In this document: piece after piece, positions 1 through 12,881 of the stretch
How the letters are laid out: the number at the start of each line of letters is the position of its first letter
How positions within the stretch are numbered: the first letter of the stretch is position 1
DNA from: Nemertoderma westbladi
Taxonomy: Eukaryota; Animalia; Xenacoelomorpha
Reading direction: 5' to 3'
Assembly (NCBI GenBank): GCA_032718475.1
Contig: JAUCBJ010000713.1
Location: 1 to 52,354 of the forward strand
DNA: 52,354 nucleotides
Position numbers and translations under genes: made by a program
Notes under the pieces: model-generated
Told to the model about the DNA's origin: nothing
Database searches by the model: none
The model's input: only the letters and a program-made list of their open reading frames with translations

Positions 1-1022
1 ATCTTCCTTAAGTGATCTTGTACGAGTTCATAATTGTTTAGAAAACTCCCCTTTTGAAAGTAGGGGCCTAGTGTTATTAATATTAGCGTTGATAGTGGTG
101 CGGTTTTGGTTTTCATTAATAATCTTGTTAGTTAGGTCTGACTGGAACTAATGGTACATAACGCCATACCGGTAGTGATTACGTCTACTCCATGGTCAGA
201 CAGACGGAAGTTTATAATCAAAAGTAAGTTATTTTCCTTAGATTATCTGAATAAAAGCTTAAATCTAAATATTTATTTAAATTTTGATATAACCCATAGA
301 ACATAATTAATATACAGGCCTATTTCTTGTACATATATATTGTACTGTACATTATAAAATGTGGACCAAGCGTTTAAAAATAATACATTATTATACAGTA
401 TAATACAGTAGGTCTACATTATTTCTACAACGCCTTTACACCTAAAATATTCTTTAGTATCGTAATTCAGTGTTACAATAATTTAAATAAGATTGTATGC
501 ACAAATATTAATTATGATTCACCTATAAGAGAAGCCCCTACTTTTTTTTAAATTCATACAATATTATACGATACAAATGATATCAAATATAATAATACCG
601 CACAAAACATTTACGATAATTACTGTAGTTATTCGCACAGTTATATAAATTGTCCACTAGCTTTTTGAAACGATCTATTGTCTAGAGATATTGATTAAAT
701 ATGTACACGGTGACGATGGTGTAATATGGCATGGATGATAACAAAATGTGATTTAACACTCGCGTCAACCCCATGCTACTGTATATATAACAATAAAAGG
801 AATTTGATTTGTAGTGATAGTTGTATTTGTGCTTGGATTAAATAATAACCAGGTAGGCCTATTATATGTAGGCCTATTATTTACCTTTGTATTGAGTTTT
901 ATATTCTATTCTTTGGGTCACGTTATGCCGTTAACCCGGCGAGAGGAGGGGGGGGATTCTATCTCTCCGCGAACTAATATCCCAGTCTTGCAGAATTAAC
1001 AATTAAGGTAAAGGAGTAGACT
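1..1022. repeat. Dispersed ~1-kb repeat, copy 1 (direct copy at ~34983-35828)
   Basis: Long shared blocks, e.g. ttaatcttgttagttaggtctgactggaactaatg and gcagaattaacaattaaggtaaagga, occur here and at 35020-35828, with indels. Probably the non-coding end of a transposon. Confidence 0.85.
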
Positions 1023-1899
1023 AGAGTACCACATTATTCTAACCAAAACAATAAACGAAAGTAAACAGTACATTATGACATCAACTCATCATCGCTCCAA
1101 TTCCTTCTAGGAAACGTCTTTTAAGTTTTCTCTATTGTTCTCGCGTATTACGTGTTCTACGTGTTCTATTGTTATAGCTATTGTTTATGCTAAGTTAAAA
1201 ATTGTTTACCTTAGAGATGTTATACAGTACATTAATAACTATTTCATCAATAATTTTAAATATTTTAAGTTTAGAGTGTTTCATTAAGCGTTAAGAAGGC
1301 CGATAAGTGCATCGTAGACAAACAGTACTGTACAGTATGAACATGACACCAGTCAGCATAAATTACCGTTGGTATTTATGCAAACCTCTCTTACAGGGAT
1401 CTCTCGTTACATAAATTAACTCAGGTTATAACGCTGAAAAAAGCTTTTCATGCAATTATTTAAGTTAATTTAATTAAGTAGGCCTATATACATACAGTTG
1501 TTATAAATTAAAAAGGTAACAAATTTATCTATTTATGAAAACTGTGTAAATTGGGTACGTAATGAACACAAAATTATAGACAATCACCTAGATGGCCCGA
1601 TCCGAATGGCGAAATAAAATTGCCAATTATTTTCTATGACCCCTTGTTTGCTCATTTGACGCCTCTTTTACTATTTTTACCCCTATTTTTTTCGAAAATA
1701 CATTTATGACCTCTTTTCTTTCCGACATTCAGACTGTACTGAAACAACATTCAGACTGTGATGTGTGATTCAGCCAGTAAACTACTATCAGTCCTACTAA
1801 GTATTAATTAAGTAATAATAAATTAAATAATGTACTGTACACTCTACAGTACATTTAGACATTACAAAATACAATTGAATTTCCTATCTCCTATTTCCT

Positions 1900-3986
1900 A
1901 TCTAATTTCCTATCTTTGCTGCTTAGTGCGTCTACACCAGGCAGTAGTAATAAGGTCACTTTTACCAATAACGCAAATTGGGATAAAGCCAGTAGTGAAA
2001 ATATTTCAAAATATTCTCAAACTGTTGATGAACAACTACGTTTATTGCAGTTACCCCTTACTGCTTTAACGTGTTGTGAATTTCATTGTAAGAATATTAA
2101 CCATAAAATGTCCCTAAATTCGTGTTATAGTGATACTAATAATATTATACATAGCTGTACGGCTAAATTTATTCCTCAAAAAAGGGGTAATTCGGTCTCC
2201 AATTGCATTCCTGGTTGGAATTAGTTTGTAAAAGAAAAGCGGGCTGCAGCGCAGGAGGCATTTCATATTTGGTGTGAACAAGGGCTGTCTAGGTTTGGGC
2301 TTGTTTGGGAGGTAAAGAAAAAACGGCCGCGCAATTTAAATTGGCTCTCCGAAATTGCAAACGGGAAGAAGGTGCTTTGCGAGCAGATCGCCTAGCGGCT
2401 TCTTTTATTAACTCCAGAAAAGATTTTTGGAGTTCAATAAAAAAAGGAACAACTACTAAAATGGGTTTAGCAACCTCAACCGGCTCCGCCCACACTGAGG
2501 AAGAAATCGCCGATTTGTTCAAATCTAATTATTATGGTATTTTTAATTCTGTCCCTGTATCTGAAATTGACTCTACTTTTGTGCAGTGTAAGTTTTCTGA
2601 ATGGGACGGCTTCAATAATGTCCATATTTCTGCTGATAAGGTGAAAGATGCCATCAACGGTGGAAAGGCTGCCGGGCCTGATGACATCTGCCCTGAAAGT
2701 TATATTTTTGGCGGTAACCTTTTGTCAGTAATTTTGTGTTTACTGTTCAATTCTTTTATAACTTATGGGTTTTTGCTTTAATCGTTAAGTAGTTTTGTTA
2801 AGTTAACTAGTTTGTTGCCTATTATTAAAGATAAAAACGCTAGTATAAGCGAACGTTCGAATTACCGACCCATAGCCAAAGCTACACCTTTCTCACAGGT
2901 ATTGGAAACGTGTTTACAAGGGCTCATTGTCATGCATTCCAATATATCTGGCAACCAGTTCGGTTTTACAGAGGGCCTAGGTACAGAAATGTGTATTTTT
3001 GCCTTACAACAAACAATTCACTTATTCATTAGTAAAGACTCACCTGTGTATACTGTTTTCTTAGACGCCTCGAAAGCGTTTGACCGCGTTAATCATAGTA
3101 AACTTTTTCGAAAGCTAATTGAACTAGGTGTATCTATCTATTGGTATTGTAAGACTCCTCGCCTTTTGGTATTCTCACCAACTAATTTGTATTAGGTTCT
3201 GCTACTTCTGGTGCATTTTTAGTTTCAAATGGTGTCCGTCAAGGAAGTTTGCTCAGCCCCCCTCTTATTTAACATTTATATGAATGACTTAAGTGTATAA
3301 CTAAACAAATCTAATGCTGGATGTAAAGTTGGAAAGAGTCTTTTAAATCATTTATTTTACGCAGGATGACCTGTGTTTACTGTCGCCGAGTATTTTTGGG
3401 TTACGAGCACTAGTCAAGATATGTGAGCGTTACGGCGCTAAATTTGATATTTTGTTCAATCCACTCAAATCACACTGATTGTATTTTTTGCCTTATCGTT
3501 TTCACCCTGCAGGCGACATCTATCTCAATGGAAAACCGTTAGACTGTGTTAAGCAGGTATCATACTAGGGACACATTATAAGCTGTGACCTTTCTGATGA
3601 AGCAGACATGAATAAAATTAAAATCTTCTTTATTTTGTCGAGGTAATTTGTTAATAGTAGAGTAAATAACTTTAAGGCCATTCTGCGCAAAGTTATATTT
3701 TCCTTGTTAAACAGAGTAAATAATTCAGGTAATACGCTAATTGGTGCTTTTATAACAAATTTTTCAGTGAACTCTGTTCTGATTGATCGGTGGCACAAGG
3801 TGCTTGATCCAAGCTAAACGTAATTATTGAATTCGAAATACATTTGTTGAATATCCTTTATTTCTTATTTTGTGTAATTCTAATTTAATGTGCTGTATTT
3901 ATCTAATTTAGTTTAGTTCAGTCTTGTATGCACAATCAATCGTTTGTGTCCGAGATTATAAATAAAATAAAATAAATAAATAAAAA
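1900..3986 (+). mobile_element. Degenerate 5'-truncated non-LTR retrotransposon (LINE RT)
   Basis: RT motifs across frameshifted ORFs: KAAGPDDI, SNYRPIA, NQFGF, FLDASKAFDRV, GVRQGSLLSPLLF and a frameshifted YADD-like motif. Multiple stops. 3' tail of (AAATA)n at 3958-3986. Confidence 0.85.
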
Positions 3987-5299
3987 TTCGACCAGAAGGA
4001 CTTGCTGTTGAACTTATGAGACCAACTATTATTTGTGCATCTAACTAGGTTTTTACTCAAGAAATTTTTGATTCTTTTAGTACGTCGCTGTGATTCTTTG
4101 AATTCATAGAGAATGGGATCTTTTTGATCTCTACCATTGTCACTCCAGAGTTTATAAAGGTCACGCGTCGCTTTGGAACTGTCCTTTAGGGGGGGAGGGG
4201 GGGGGTGTTAGCACCCCCAAATAGAACCTCACTTTTTTGTGTCTCTGGACCATAAAATTTGCTGAAAATATTTTTTGAGCTACTAAACATCGTCTGGACT
4301 GTGTGAGAATAACCAAACCAAATATTTTTAAAATTGGCCCCATAATGGCTCCATAATGGCCAAAAGTGCCTTTTTGCGCCAAGGGCTATTTCTCCACCAA
4401 TGTTAGTTGAAAATTGTCGAAATATTGAATATAGGTTCAGAAGAACCCTGCATCCAATTCTTCTGAACAAATTTTGCCTGAAATGCTCTGGAGCCTTTTT
4501 AGAACAAAAAGGCCCCCAAAAATGGCTTTTTTGGGCCTTTTTGACATAAAAAGGCTCCAGGGCATTTCCAACCAAATTTGTTCATAAGAAGTATGGAGAA
4601 GGGTAATCTTGACAAGTGTACCAAATTTCAACTCATTTCAGTTAAAATTGGCGGAGAAATAGCCTTTTTCATGAAGAAACGTCATTCTGAGATACATCGT
4701 GTACAGTACTGACTGAGAAATAAAGGAGTTTCTTTACGTCCGACTGTATCCGTTAATTAAACAATCCAATTAATTTCTCCCATTAGGGGCATCATCAGGG
4801 AAATAAACTAAAAAACAGAAATACCGCACAAGGTATGTAAGATGAGGTAGGCTACAGTAAACACAAGAGGTTACATTAACCTATTAGACTAGGATTAGGC
4901 CTAACTATGCATTCAAATAATCAATACCGTACAGCAAAAGGGCCAACCATGGAATACTAAATATACACGGAACCAGATAGATGTCCGATTTCACGAGTCA
5001 TTCTTTTTATTGCTTTAATCTATTGTACTCGATGCATGAATAAAAATTTTGAAAAAAAAATTGGTGGTCATCGATCTCGTTGCCATGGCAACAGACATTT
5101 TTCATTTTTTGCCTTTATTTCAACAACGATGAGTGAAAATACAGTAAATATTGCTTCCAAATTTGTTCAAAGGTTAAAGCGATATACATACACTATAGCT
5201 TCCGTTTCATCAATAAGTTGCCTGATCTGCTCTGTAACCCAGCATTATTTTTCTTATTCCTCCAACAGGCGCTTCAGATCAATTTCCTTCCCTCTTCTC

Positions 5300-7230
5300 G
5301 TCTCTCGTTCCCTCGTCTTGTGTAGCAACCATCAATTCGTTGTTCAAGTGATTTAGTCAGTGTCCAGGTCTCACCCCCGTATAAAAATACACTTTCCACT
5401 GTGGCTCGAAAGAACTTGGTCTTCAGGTGCCTGGAGAGTTCTGATTTCCAGATGGTATCCATTTTTGATAGAGCTACCCAAGCCTTTGCTTTCCTAACTT
5501 CTATGTCCTTTTTCGGTTTTAACTTTGTAGGCTATCTTAAGATCTTCTCTCTTACAAGTAACCTCAGAGTTTTGCCATGGCACATACTGTTTTCGTTTAG
5601 GTTTCTGGGGGATATGCCTCTTAGCTGATTCCTTGTGGGCTGTTATTATATTCTGGTATATTGAATCGGTGGATTGGTCTTCATCCATTGACTGAAGTGC
5701 TTCAAAGCGGTTTTGAACTTCTACTGTATAAGCATCCTTTACAGCATTGTCAGTTCTGAGTTTCTCCCAGTCATAGTTGATTTGCTTGCTTGTCCTGGGT
5801 TTGCTGGCTCTCAAACTGAGTCTGATCTCTGCAGTCACAATTCTGTGGTCCGAACCAATTAGGTTGAACGAGCTGTATGCCTCGCAGTACTCCTCTACGG
5901 GAGTCCATGCTGGGCTCTAACTGCAGAGGACACCAAATCTCTGGATGGCACATTCACAAGAATGCTACGCCGGGTTCATTGTGTCAAGTACAATGCACAC
6001 ATCTCCAACCAGACACTATATAACATTGGAGGTGTCTCATTGGTTCCCCCAAGCTTGACACTAGAACAAAATCGCCTCCGCTTTGCAGGACATTGCTTTC
6101 GCCGTGAGGACCAGCCAGCGCATAATCTTGTACTTTGGCAGCCTCATGGAGTGAGTAAGCATGGTGGACAGCCCATGACTTTCTTGAGACGCATCTTAAA
6201 GGAGACTGGCCTTAAAGATGCGGATGATCTAGCAAATGTCATGGGTGATAGGGAGTTGTGGCGGTGCAATTTTGTTGACAAGCCGGCACAGCATTCTTAA
6301 AAATGCAGCTGCAATGCAGCATGCCGATCCTAGTAGTAGTATGCCTCGCAGTTGATCATGCTATTTCTCCACTTTTTGTTTATAAGGATGTAATCCAGTT
6401 GTGCTTTGGTTCCATTAGGGTATTGAAAGGTCCATAGCTCTTCCCCTTACTCTTTTCGAATGTGTTGTTTGTTGGTATCAATTCACATTCTTCCATTAGG
6501 TCTAAGAGTAAGTACCAATTTCTGTTAGAACTGGTGTTATAGGTGTAACCCTTGATGTCTTCTGGGCCAATTTGCGCATTCAGGTCAACCGCAATGACTT
6601 TAACATTGTGTTTCGGGATGTCCTTAATAAGTCCAGTCAGTTCTTCATAAAACTTGACTGCTTGTTCTGGCTCTGATGCATTGGTTGGACTGTAGCAACA
6701 TATAACTGTTGTCTTGGGATTCCCATCAAATGTTGCGATCATATCCCTGGAATTTATAGATTCGATGTTGTTTAAGGTCTTAAGTGCAAATGGGCTTAGC
6801 AGAATTCCTACTCCACCAATTGATGCATTGGCCGAGTTTCTTACTGCTGAGCTTGTTACTAACGTCCATCCATTTCCAATGTCATTGTACTTCATGGCAG
6901 TGTCTTCATGACAAATCCGATGTTCTTGGATGCAGATGATGTCGATGTTATATTCCATTGCCAGAGCGACCATGTCACCCTGTTTGCTCTGTGCTTTCAG
7001 CGTGCGTGCGTTCATTGTAGCAATCTTTAGTGTCTTTTTACATTTCAACAGGTTGGTTCTTCTTTCTTCTCTGTCTTCTGTTCCAGTAGCCAACTTATCG
7101 ACCTCAGCCTGGTGTACCACGGAGGGACGCGGTCCTTGTTGACCCGGGCGACGACCGAGCCGGTATTTCTCCTGGAGGGTTCTCATACTCATATCTTTCA
7201 GTTGCGGGGTTAAACCGCTTGTGGTCGCAA
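5300..7230 (-). mobile_element. RTE-clade LINE remnant A (APE endonuclease plus internally deleted RT end), interrupted by a younger insertion
   Basis: APE motifs IATMNARTL, IICIQEHR, GGVGILLS, CYSPT, DLNAQIG. Linker ORF at 5494-5838. RT C-terminus FRATVESVFLYGGETWTLTK at 5274-5462. Confidence 0.85.
5889..6338 (+). mobile_element. 5'-truncated RTE LINE 3' end with target-site duplication
   Basis: Encodes RLRFAGHCFR...LVLWQP...DRELWR and ends in a (TAG)n tail. Flanked by the direct repeat gtatgcctcgcagt at 5875-5888 and 6339-6352. Confidence 0.9.
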
Positions 7231-7231
7231 C

Positions 7232-8810
7232 TCGTAGCATTCTTGTGAATGTGCCATCCAGAGATTTGGTGTCCTCAGCAGTTAGAGCCCAGCATGGACT
7301 CCCATAGAGGAGTACTGGAACTACTGCTGCTCTAAATAATCGGACCTTAAGTTTCCGATTAATTCTCGGTGACTTCCAAATCCTGGAAAGCCTATTCAAG
7401 GCTGCCCATGCCTTTCCCTTACGTATTCGAAGGTCCTCACCTGACTTCCGGATCCATGATCCCAGGTAACAGAAGTCGTCCACATGCTCAAGCATACCAT
7501 CCTTTGAGCTTATGCTCATCCGATCAGAGACTTGCTGAGGACTTTTAAAGTTAACTGTCAGAATTTTGGTCTTTCTGGAGTTAATAAAAAGACCAACACT
7601 AGAAGCAGCATGTTCTAATGAGCTGAGGAGCCGTTGGGGTCCCTCTAATGATTCTGAGAATACTCCAAAGTCATCAGCAAAGTCTAGATCAGTTAGGTAC
7701 TTGGCAGGATTTCCTCGACTTCTGGAGCCAGTAGGTGGAGTTACCATCACCCCATCATCATTATGATGATCTAAGGATATAGTAGAACATAGTCAACCAC
7801 AATAATGAACAAGAATGGTGCAAGTGTGTCTCCTTGGAGGACCCCCCATAACACTTCAAATGGTTCTGTGTCACCATCAACAGTAGACACAAATGTTGTC
7901 GAACCATCGTATACTGATCTGATTGCTGCAATAATTTCATCAGAAATCCCATATAATGAAAGTATGCTAAACATACGTGAGCGAGAGACTGAATCAAAGG
8001 CCTTGAAGAAGTCAACAAAGATAACAGCCAGATGCCTGTCTTTCTTTTTTGATAACTCTTCAATTATCCTTCTAAGTGCCAAAATGGGCTCCATGGTCCC
8101 ACGACCTTTACGGAACCCATTCTGATTTCCACGGAGCAGTCTCTCAATGGGATCCCTGATGCGATTTAATAGAATCCTATTGTATAGCTTTGCAGCAATC
8201 GAGATCAATGAGATTCCCCGAAAGGAACCATAGAGTGTTAGGTTGCCCTTCTTGGAAACTGGCACCAACTTATTTGTTTTCATTTCTTGTGGGACTCTTG
8301 TTGTTCGGTACATGTCTACTATGATGGGATAGATGAGCTTTAAACACTCAGCTATTTTAAAGACCTCAGGGGGAACACCATCTACTCCACTGGCACGATT
8401 GGTCTTAATGCTCTTTGCAGCAGCCTTCACTTCTGCAAAGGAGATATCGCCAATGGGAATATCTGGGAGTACAGACTCAGACACTTTTACTTCTATAAAG
8501 TTATCAGGCAATACCCTGTCATTATTGAGGAGCTTTTCAAAGTGGGCCTTCCAACCATTGAGGCGATCGGCTGGTGATTCAGCCTTAACCTTGGTGGTTA
8601 GTTGGCTTTTCCGCCCAGTAAGCAGATTGATCGATTTCCATGCCTGGGGTGATTGCCTGCTGTCGTCAGCATCATTGATGGCATCAACCTGTTGGTTTAT
8701 TAGCTCCTGTAGATTAACAGAGTACTGCCTGTGTGAACAGTGTTCAGGGACCTAGATGCAGCCTTAACTGCATTCTTGGCCGCTGTAGTCTGTTTGAATC
8801 GGGACATTCT
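7232..8810 (-). mobile_element. RTE-clade LINE remnant B (reverse transcriptase)
   Basis: RASGVDGVPPE, FRGISLISIAAKLYNRILLNRI, NQNGFRKGR, FVDFFKAFDSV, GVLQGDTLAPFLF, LDFADD, FCYLGS. Frameshift near 7760. Confidence 0.9.
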
Positions 8811-9444
8811 TTACTGCGTACCTATCTGGGTATCTATCCCAAATATTATCCATTACTGGTATTACGAAAGTTAATCAATCAGCTAGAAGAGTTGTATGTT
8901 TATTAAATTATTTATCTAAACGGAACATTGCTTTAAACATTGTATTTATTTTTACACTTTGAAGTGGTGCAGGTGCATAATGTAGTAAATGGTAGTGGTA
9001 GAGCGGCTATAGAGCACCCGCATCGATTGGAAGAACAGGCGCAGAACAATTACAAGATATATAGTTTTAAGGATCGAAATTGGGGCAATGGATGAGACGC
9101 CAGGATCCGGTATCAGTTTATCATTGATCGCCATCCAACCAAACTTGTTAACAGCCAACAGTGGAGGTGCAGGATCATCAGCAGCTCTCCACAAAAGAAC
9201 TTGCTTACGAGCCCGTTTTACATGTTGTACGGCGGCACTCTGTGTGGGGGGAAGGTTGAATACTTTAGGGTGTTGCTTCTTTGAAGTGAATAGCCTATGT
9301 CGAAGTTCATTCAGAGTATCCGATATGCCACCACCATAGATAGAGGTGTAGTTGTAAATTTACAGCACCCATTCCGCATAATTTAATGGATTTCAAATCT
9401 GACTTCGAAATGCGAGGAAAAGATATGTAATTTGGAACTCCTCC

Positions 9445-10705
9445 TGTAAAAGCTTCTGTGGGATATAACTGGCCCCTTTTGCTTCGCAATCCAGTTTCCC
9501 CCCAGGCGCTGGAATACTCTAAAAAGGTTCTCTAACTGTATATATATTCCCCTCGCCCGCAAGGTACCGTTACAGGTGTTTTAACGGACATAAAAGTCAT
9601 TCTGCTATATACGTGTTTTGGCGGACATGGTAAGGCAAAAAACCTGCAATGCACCAACTACCTTTCACAGCTTAGCCGTGATGATTCATATTACGACATC
9701 TAACAGCTGGTTGCTGACATGGAAACAGCCATTGGACGCATGGTTCTTTGTTTGGCTTGAGCCAATCAGAGCGATTTTTCCTGTCGACGTGTAGCTTTTC
9801 GGCCGATCATAAGGAGAGTGTTCAGTCTTACTGTTTTTACTTGATACTTTGTTGTTATTGCTGTCTAAGCCAGAAACACCGGCTCTAGAGCACCGGCTTT
9901 TTGGGAAGAACTCTAGTAAAACTGCTTAAATTATCGAAAGTATAAACTGTTACCAAACTAATCTCACTAATCGAACGAACTCACTAACTCACTTAATTTA
10001 ACTGCATTAATCATATTGTTTGTACTGTTATTTACCGTCAGTTATTAATTGTACCTATTTGTTGATAGAAATATTGCTCTTTGGATAATACGGATAAATC
10101 ACCCAAATTCCCAATTTTCTTGATACACTACAGGTTAGAGAGACCGGCTATACATAACAATTGCGATTTATATTAATGTGGTGTGTATTGAATCCAATGT
10201 TATTTAGCAGACCCTACGTGAGTCAATTGCTGCTCTCTTTATGTGTGATCAAATATACTGACGGTCGGCAGAATAGTGTGTATGATTGTGATTGGTAACA
10301 AAGTATTTCCTAAAGAATACGCTTTATACTTTAATCATAAGCGGTATCGTTGCGTTTTAGTATAAGTCTTAGTTCTGTTTAAATAGATAAAGCGCCACGT
10401 CCTAAAGGAACTGTTAATATTTCCCGAAAGCCAATAATATCTGTCAGGAATTAATTATTAACGATCTATCGAATAATACAGTAAGTTTACGCTGCAACCT
10501 TACACTGCAATAATAAAATTTAAGCATCCGAATTCAGCCTCCCGGGTGTAGATCCATCGGGTGAATGATCGCGCATGGGCTGACTTCGGCTAATGTTTTG
10601 TGTATTAGCATAAAATATTGTAGTATGCTAAATGTGTTTTAATTAACTAAAAGAAATATAAATTTTGGCAGGTTAAACTGCTAAAGGTCTTCAAAAGCGC
10701 GAACA
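9445..10705 (+). repeat. 5' LTR (TG...CA)
   Basis: Starts tgtaaaagcttc and ends gcgcgaaca. Contains a CCAAT box (~9763), an Inr-like ttcagt (9821) and AATAAA (~10512). Confidence 0.95.
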
Positions 10706-10718
10706 GTAACAGTTTATA
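10706..10718 (+). other. Candidate self-priming primer-binding site
   Basis: gtaacagtttata directly follows the LTR and is the exact reverse complement of tataaactgttac at 9941-9953. No TGG-type tRNA PBS is present (first TGG is ~57 nt downstream). Confidence 0.6.
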
Positions 10719-11054
10719 GTCTTATTGCAGTAGGCAATAAGGTTGCAAAATACCGTAGTGACTGGTAAAACTGAACCGGTACTTTGTAGGTCAGTAGGCC
10801 TAACTGTCATCACCGGTACCGGTACTGCTGTACAAGTACATTTAGTATTATTCGATTTGATTATTGTATACTGGTAGGTCTTAGTACTTAATCAGGGACT
10901 GCAGCCCTGAATTTTTATTGAGATTTTACCTATTTCTGTCGGTTTTATTTCCTAGTAGGCTAATATTGAGCAGAAGGCGTGTGACCCTGCTCAGATTGTT
11001 CAGATAATTGTAGGCTGAGCTGCTGTCTGACTGTTGTTGAGTTTGGAGAGATTA

Positions 11055-11575
11055 CGGCGTGTGTAGAGTTTGTCTGATAAAGTGCCGTTAGTAAGTTGGG
11101 GCAGCCATATGCGGTAAGGTCAATCCCCTCTTAAAGAATAAGTCGTACTACCGTGTTAGAACGCATACTAACTAACAGTTTCAGAGTCTGCATATACTGT
11201 AGTTTATCTAGGCTTGATCGTAGTCTGCCAGTGTTTTAGCCTGAGTTTGTTTGTGTGGTCTGTTCAGGTACCGTAATAGTTATTACTTAAATATTTGTAG
11301 GCTGGATTGTTGTCTAGCTATTTTTAGGTCTGAAGGGATTGCTGCGTGTGTAGAGTTGGTCTGATCAAGTGCCGTTAGTAAGTTGGGGCAGCCATAAGCG
11401 GTAAGGTCAATCCCCTCTTAAAGAGTAAGTCGTACTACCGTGTTAGAACGCATACTAACTAACAGTTTCAGAATCTGCACATACTGTAGTTTGTTTAGGC
11501 TTAATAGTAGTCTGCCAGCGTTTGGTTTGTATTTGTTTGAGTATTCTGTACGGGTAGCGTAATATTTATTATTCA
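11055..11575 (+). repeat. Tandem duplication with a ~287-bp period in the element leader
   Basis: The block gcgtgtgtagagtt...agtgccgttagtaagttggggcagccat...gtagtctgccag begins at 11057 and again at 11344. Confidence 0.9.
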
Positions 11576-12881
11576 GAGTTTATGCGATTATTCGCAACAT
11601 TCATGTCCCCAAGTTTATTCCTACAGTAATTGTGCTTGTTATACATACCGTTATAGTTAAACTAACCCCGGTACTACATCAGGGCTGCTTGGCGTAGGTA
11701 AAGACTGACGACTTTGTGCTTCGGTCACTCCAGCAGATGCCGTGGTTCTTTTAACTGTTCAAGTATATTTAACTACTGATTATTTGTTATACCGGTACTT
11801 GTACCTAATTTAGGGTTTAGTGTACAGTGCTTTCCGAAGTAATTAGTGTAGGCAGTATATTTGTGTTGTAAAGTGGTTGATAGGCACATTCGTTAGCTCT
11901 ATTAGCTTCTGGGTAGGAACAATCCGTGATACATAACGTAGTACCTATAGCGATACGGTTATAGGTCGTCAGGCGGTGGTATTTTCCTATCTGGACAGTA
12001 CAATATATTTACTACTTATTATTTCAAATACCGTAGTACCCTGTCCGTTGTAAGAACCAGAATTCTAACCCTTTGTTAGGCTGGTTTGTAGACTTCCTGT
12101 AAAATTACCCTAAAAATTTCGTACGTAATATTTTGTTGTGTTTAATTAGAGAATTAATCTCACCCGTATCGTAAGTAATTTGTAGTATTAAGTAACTTAG
12201 GTAAATTAGAATTATCAGTTTTAGTGTCAAATAAATAGCACTTCACTGAGAGGCGTTCAGCTTCTGTGTAGTGACTCCCCCAGAAATAATAACATTTATT
12301 TCAAATATTGACAAAAACCCATATAAACGGGTATATAAATATTATAAATCAAATCAAACGATTTATAAATAGTAGGCCTGTCATACAACAACTAGGTCTT
12401 CATATCAGTTGGACTACTGCTTAAATAACGGTAATAAAGTAAGTTAAAGTAACCAAGTAACCCTAAAATATTCAGAAATTCAATTATTCTAAAATAATTG
12501 ACATACCGGTATTTACCATAGGCTTATTATATTTATTCGATAAATTTAGGCTGAAATCATACCGGTACTCTGTAATTAATTCTAGTCCAGAATTATACTT
12601 ATATACTATAAGTGTAAGCTGTATACCGGTATTCACGATAGGCCTATTATATATTTATATATATCTGTGCTAAATTTATATACCGGTACCCTGTGACAAA
12701 CCTAGTTTACAATACTTATATATATATTATAAGCATACCGGTATTCTAATATATTATATATATATCACGCTACACTGAGCAGCAGTATCGGTAATTAATT
12801 ATTAGGCTAACAGTGATACTGAATTACTAGACTTACTTTAGCTGTATTTATAGCCGTAGGCATTCAACTGTGTAAACAAAC

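Noticed and set aside
814-999. 61-aa hydrophobic ORF
   Set aside because: Non-ATG start inside a dispersed repeat, and the frame is disrupted by indels in the second copy.
4160-4710. Overlapping short minus-strand ORFs
   Set aside because: Low-complexity MITE-like DNA with no protein motif, and termini could not be defined.
6380-7750. 456-aa ORF with RT C-terminus followed by an endonuclease
   Set aside because: The domain order is reversed. It is an in-frame junction between two decayed RTE copies, not a gene.
11701-11745. ctgacga hammerhead-like core in the element leader
   Set aside because: No correctly placed GAAA or stem II/III could be built by eye.
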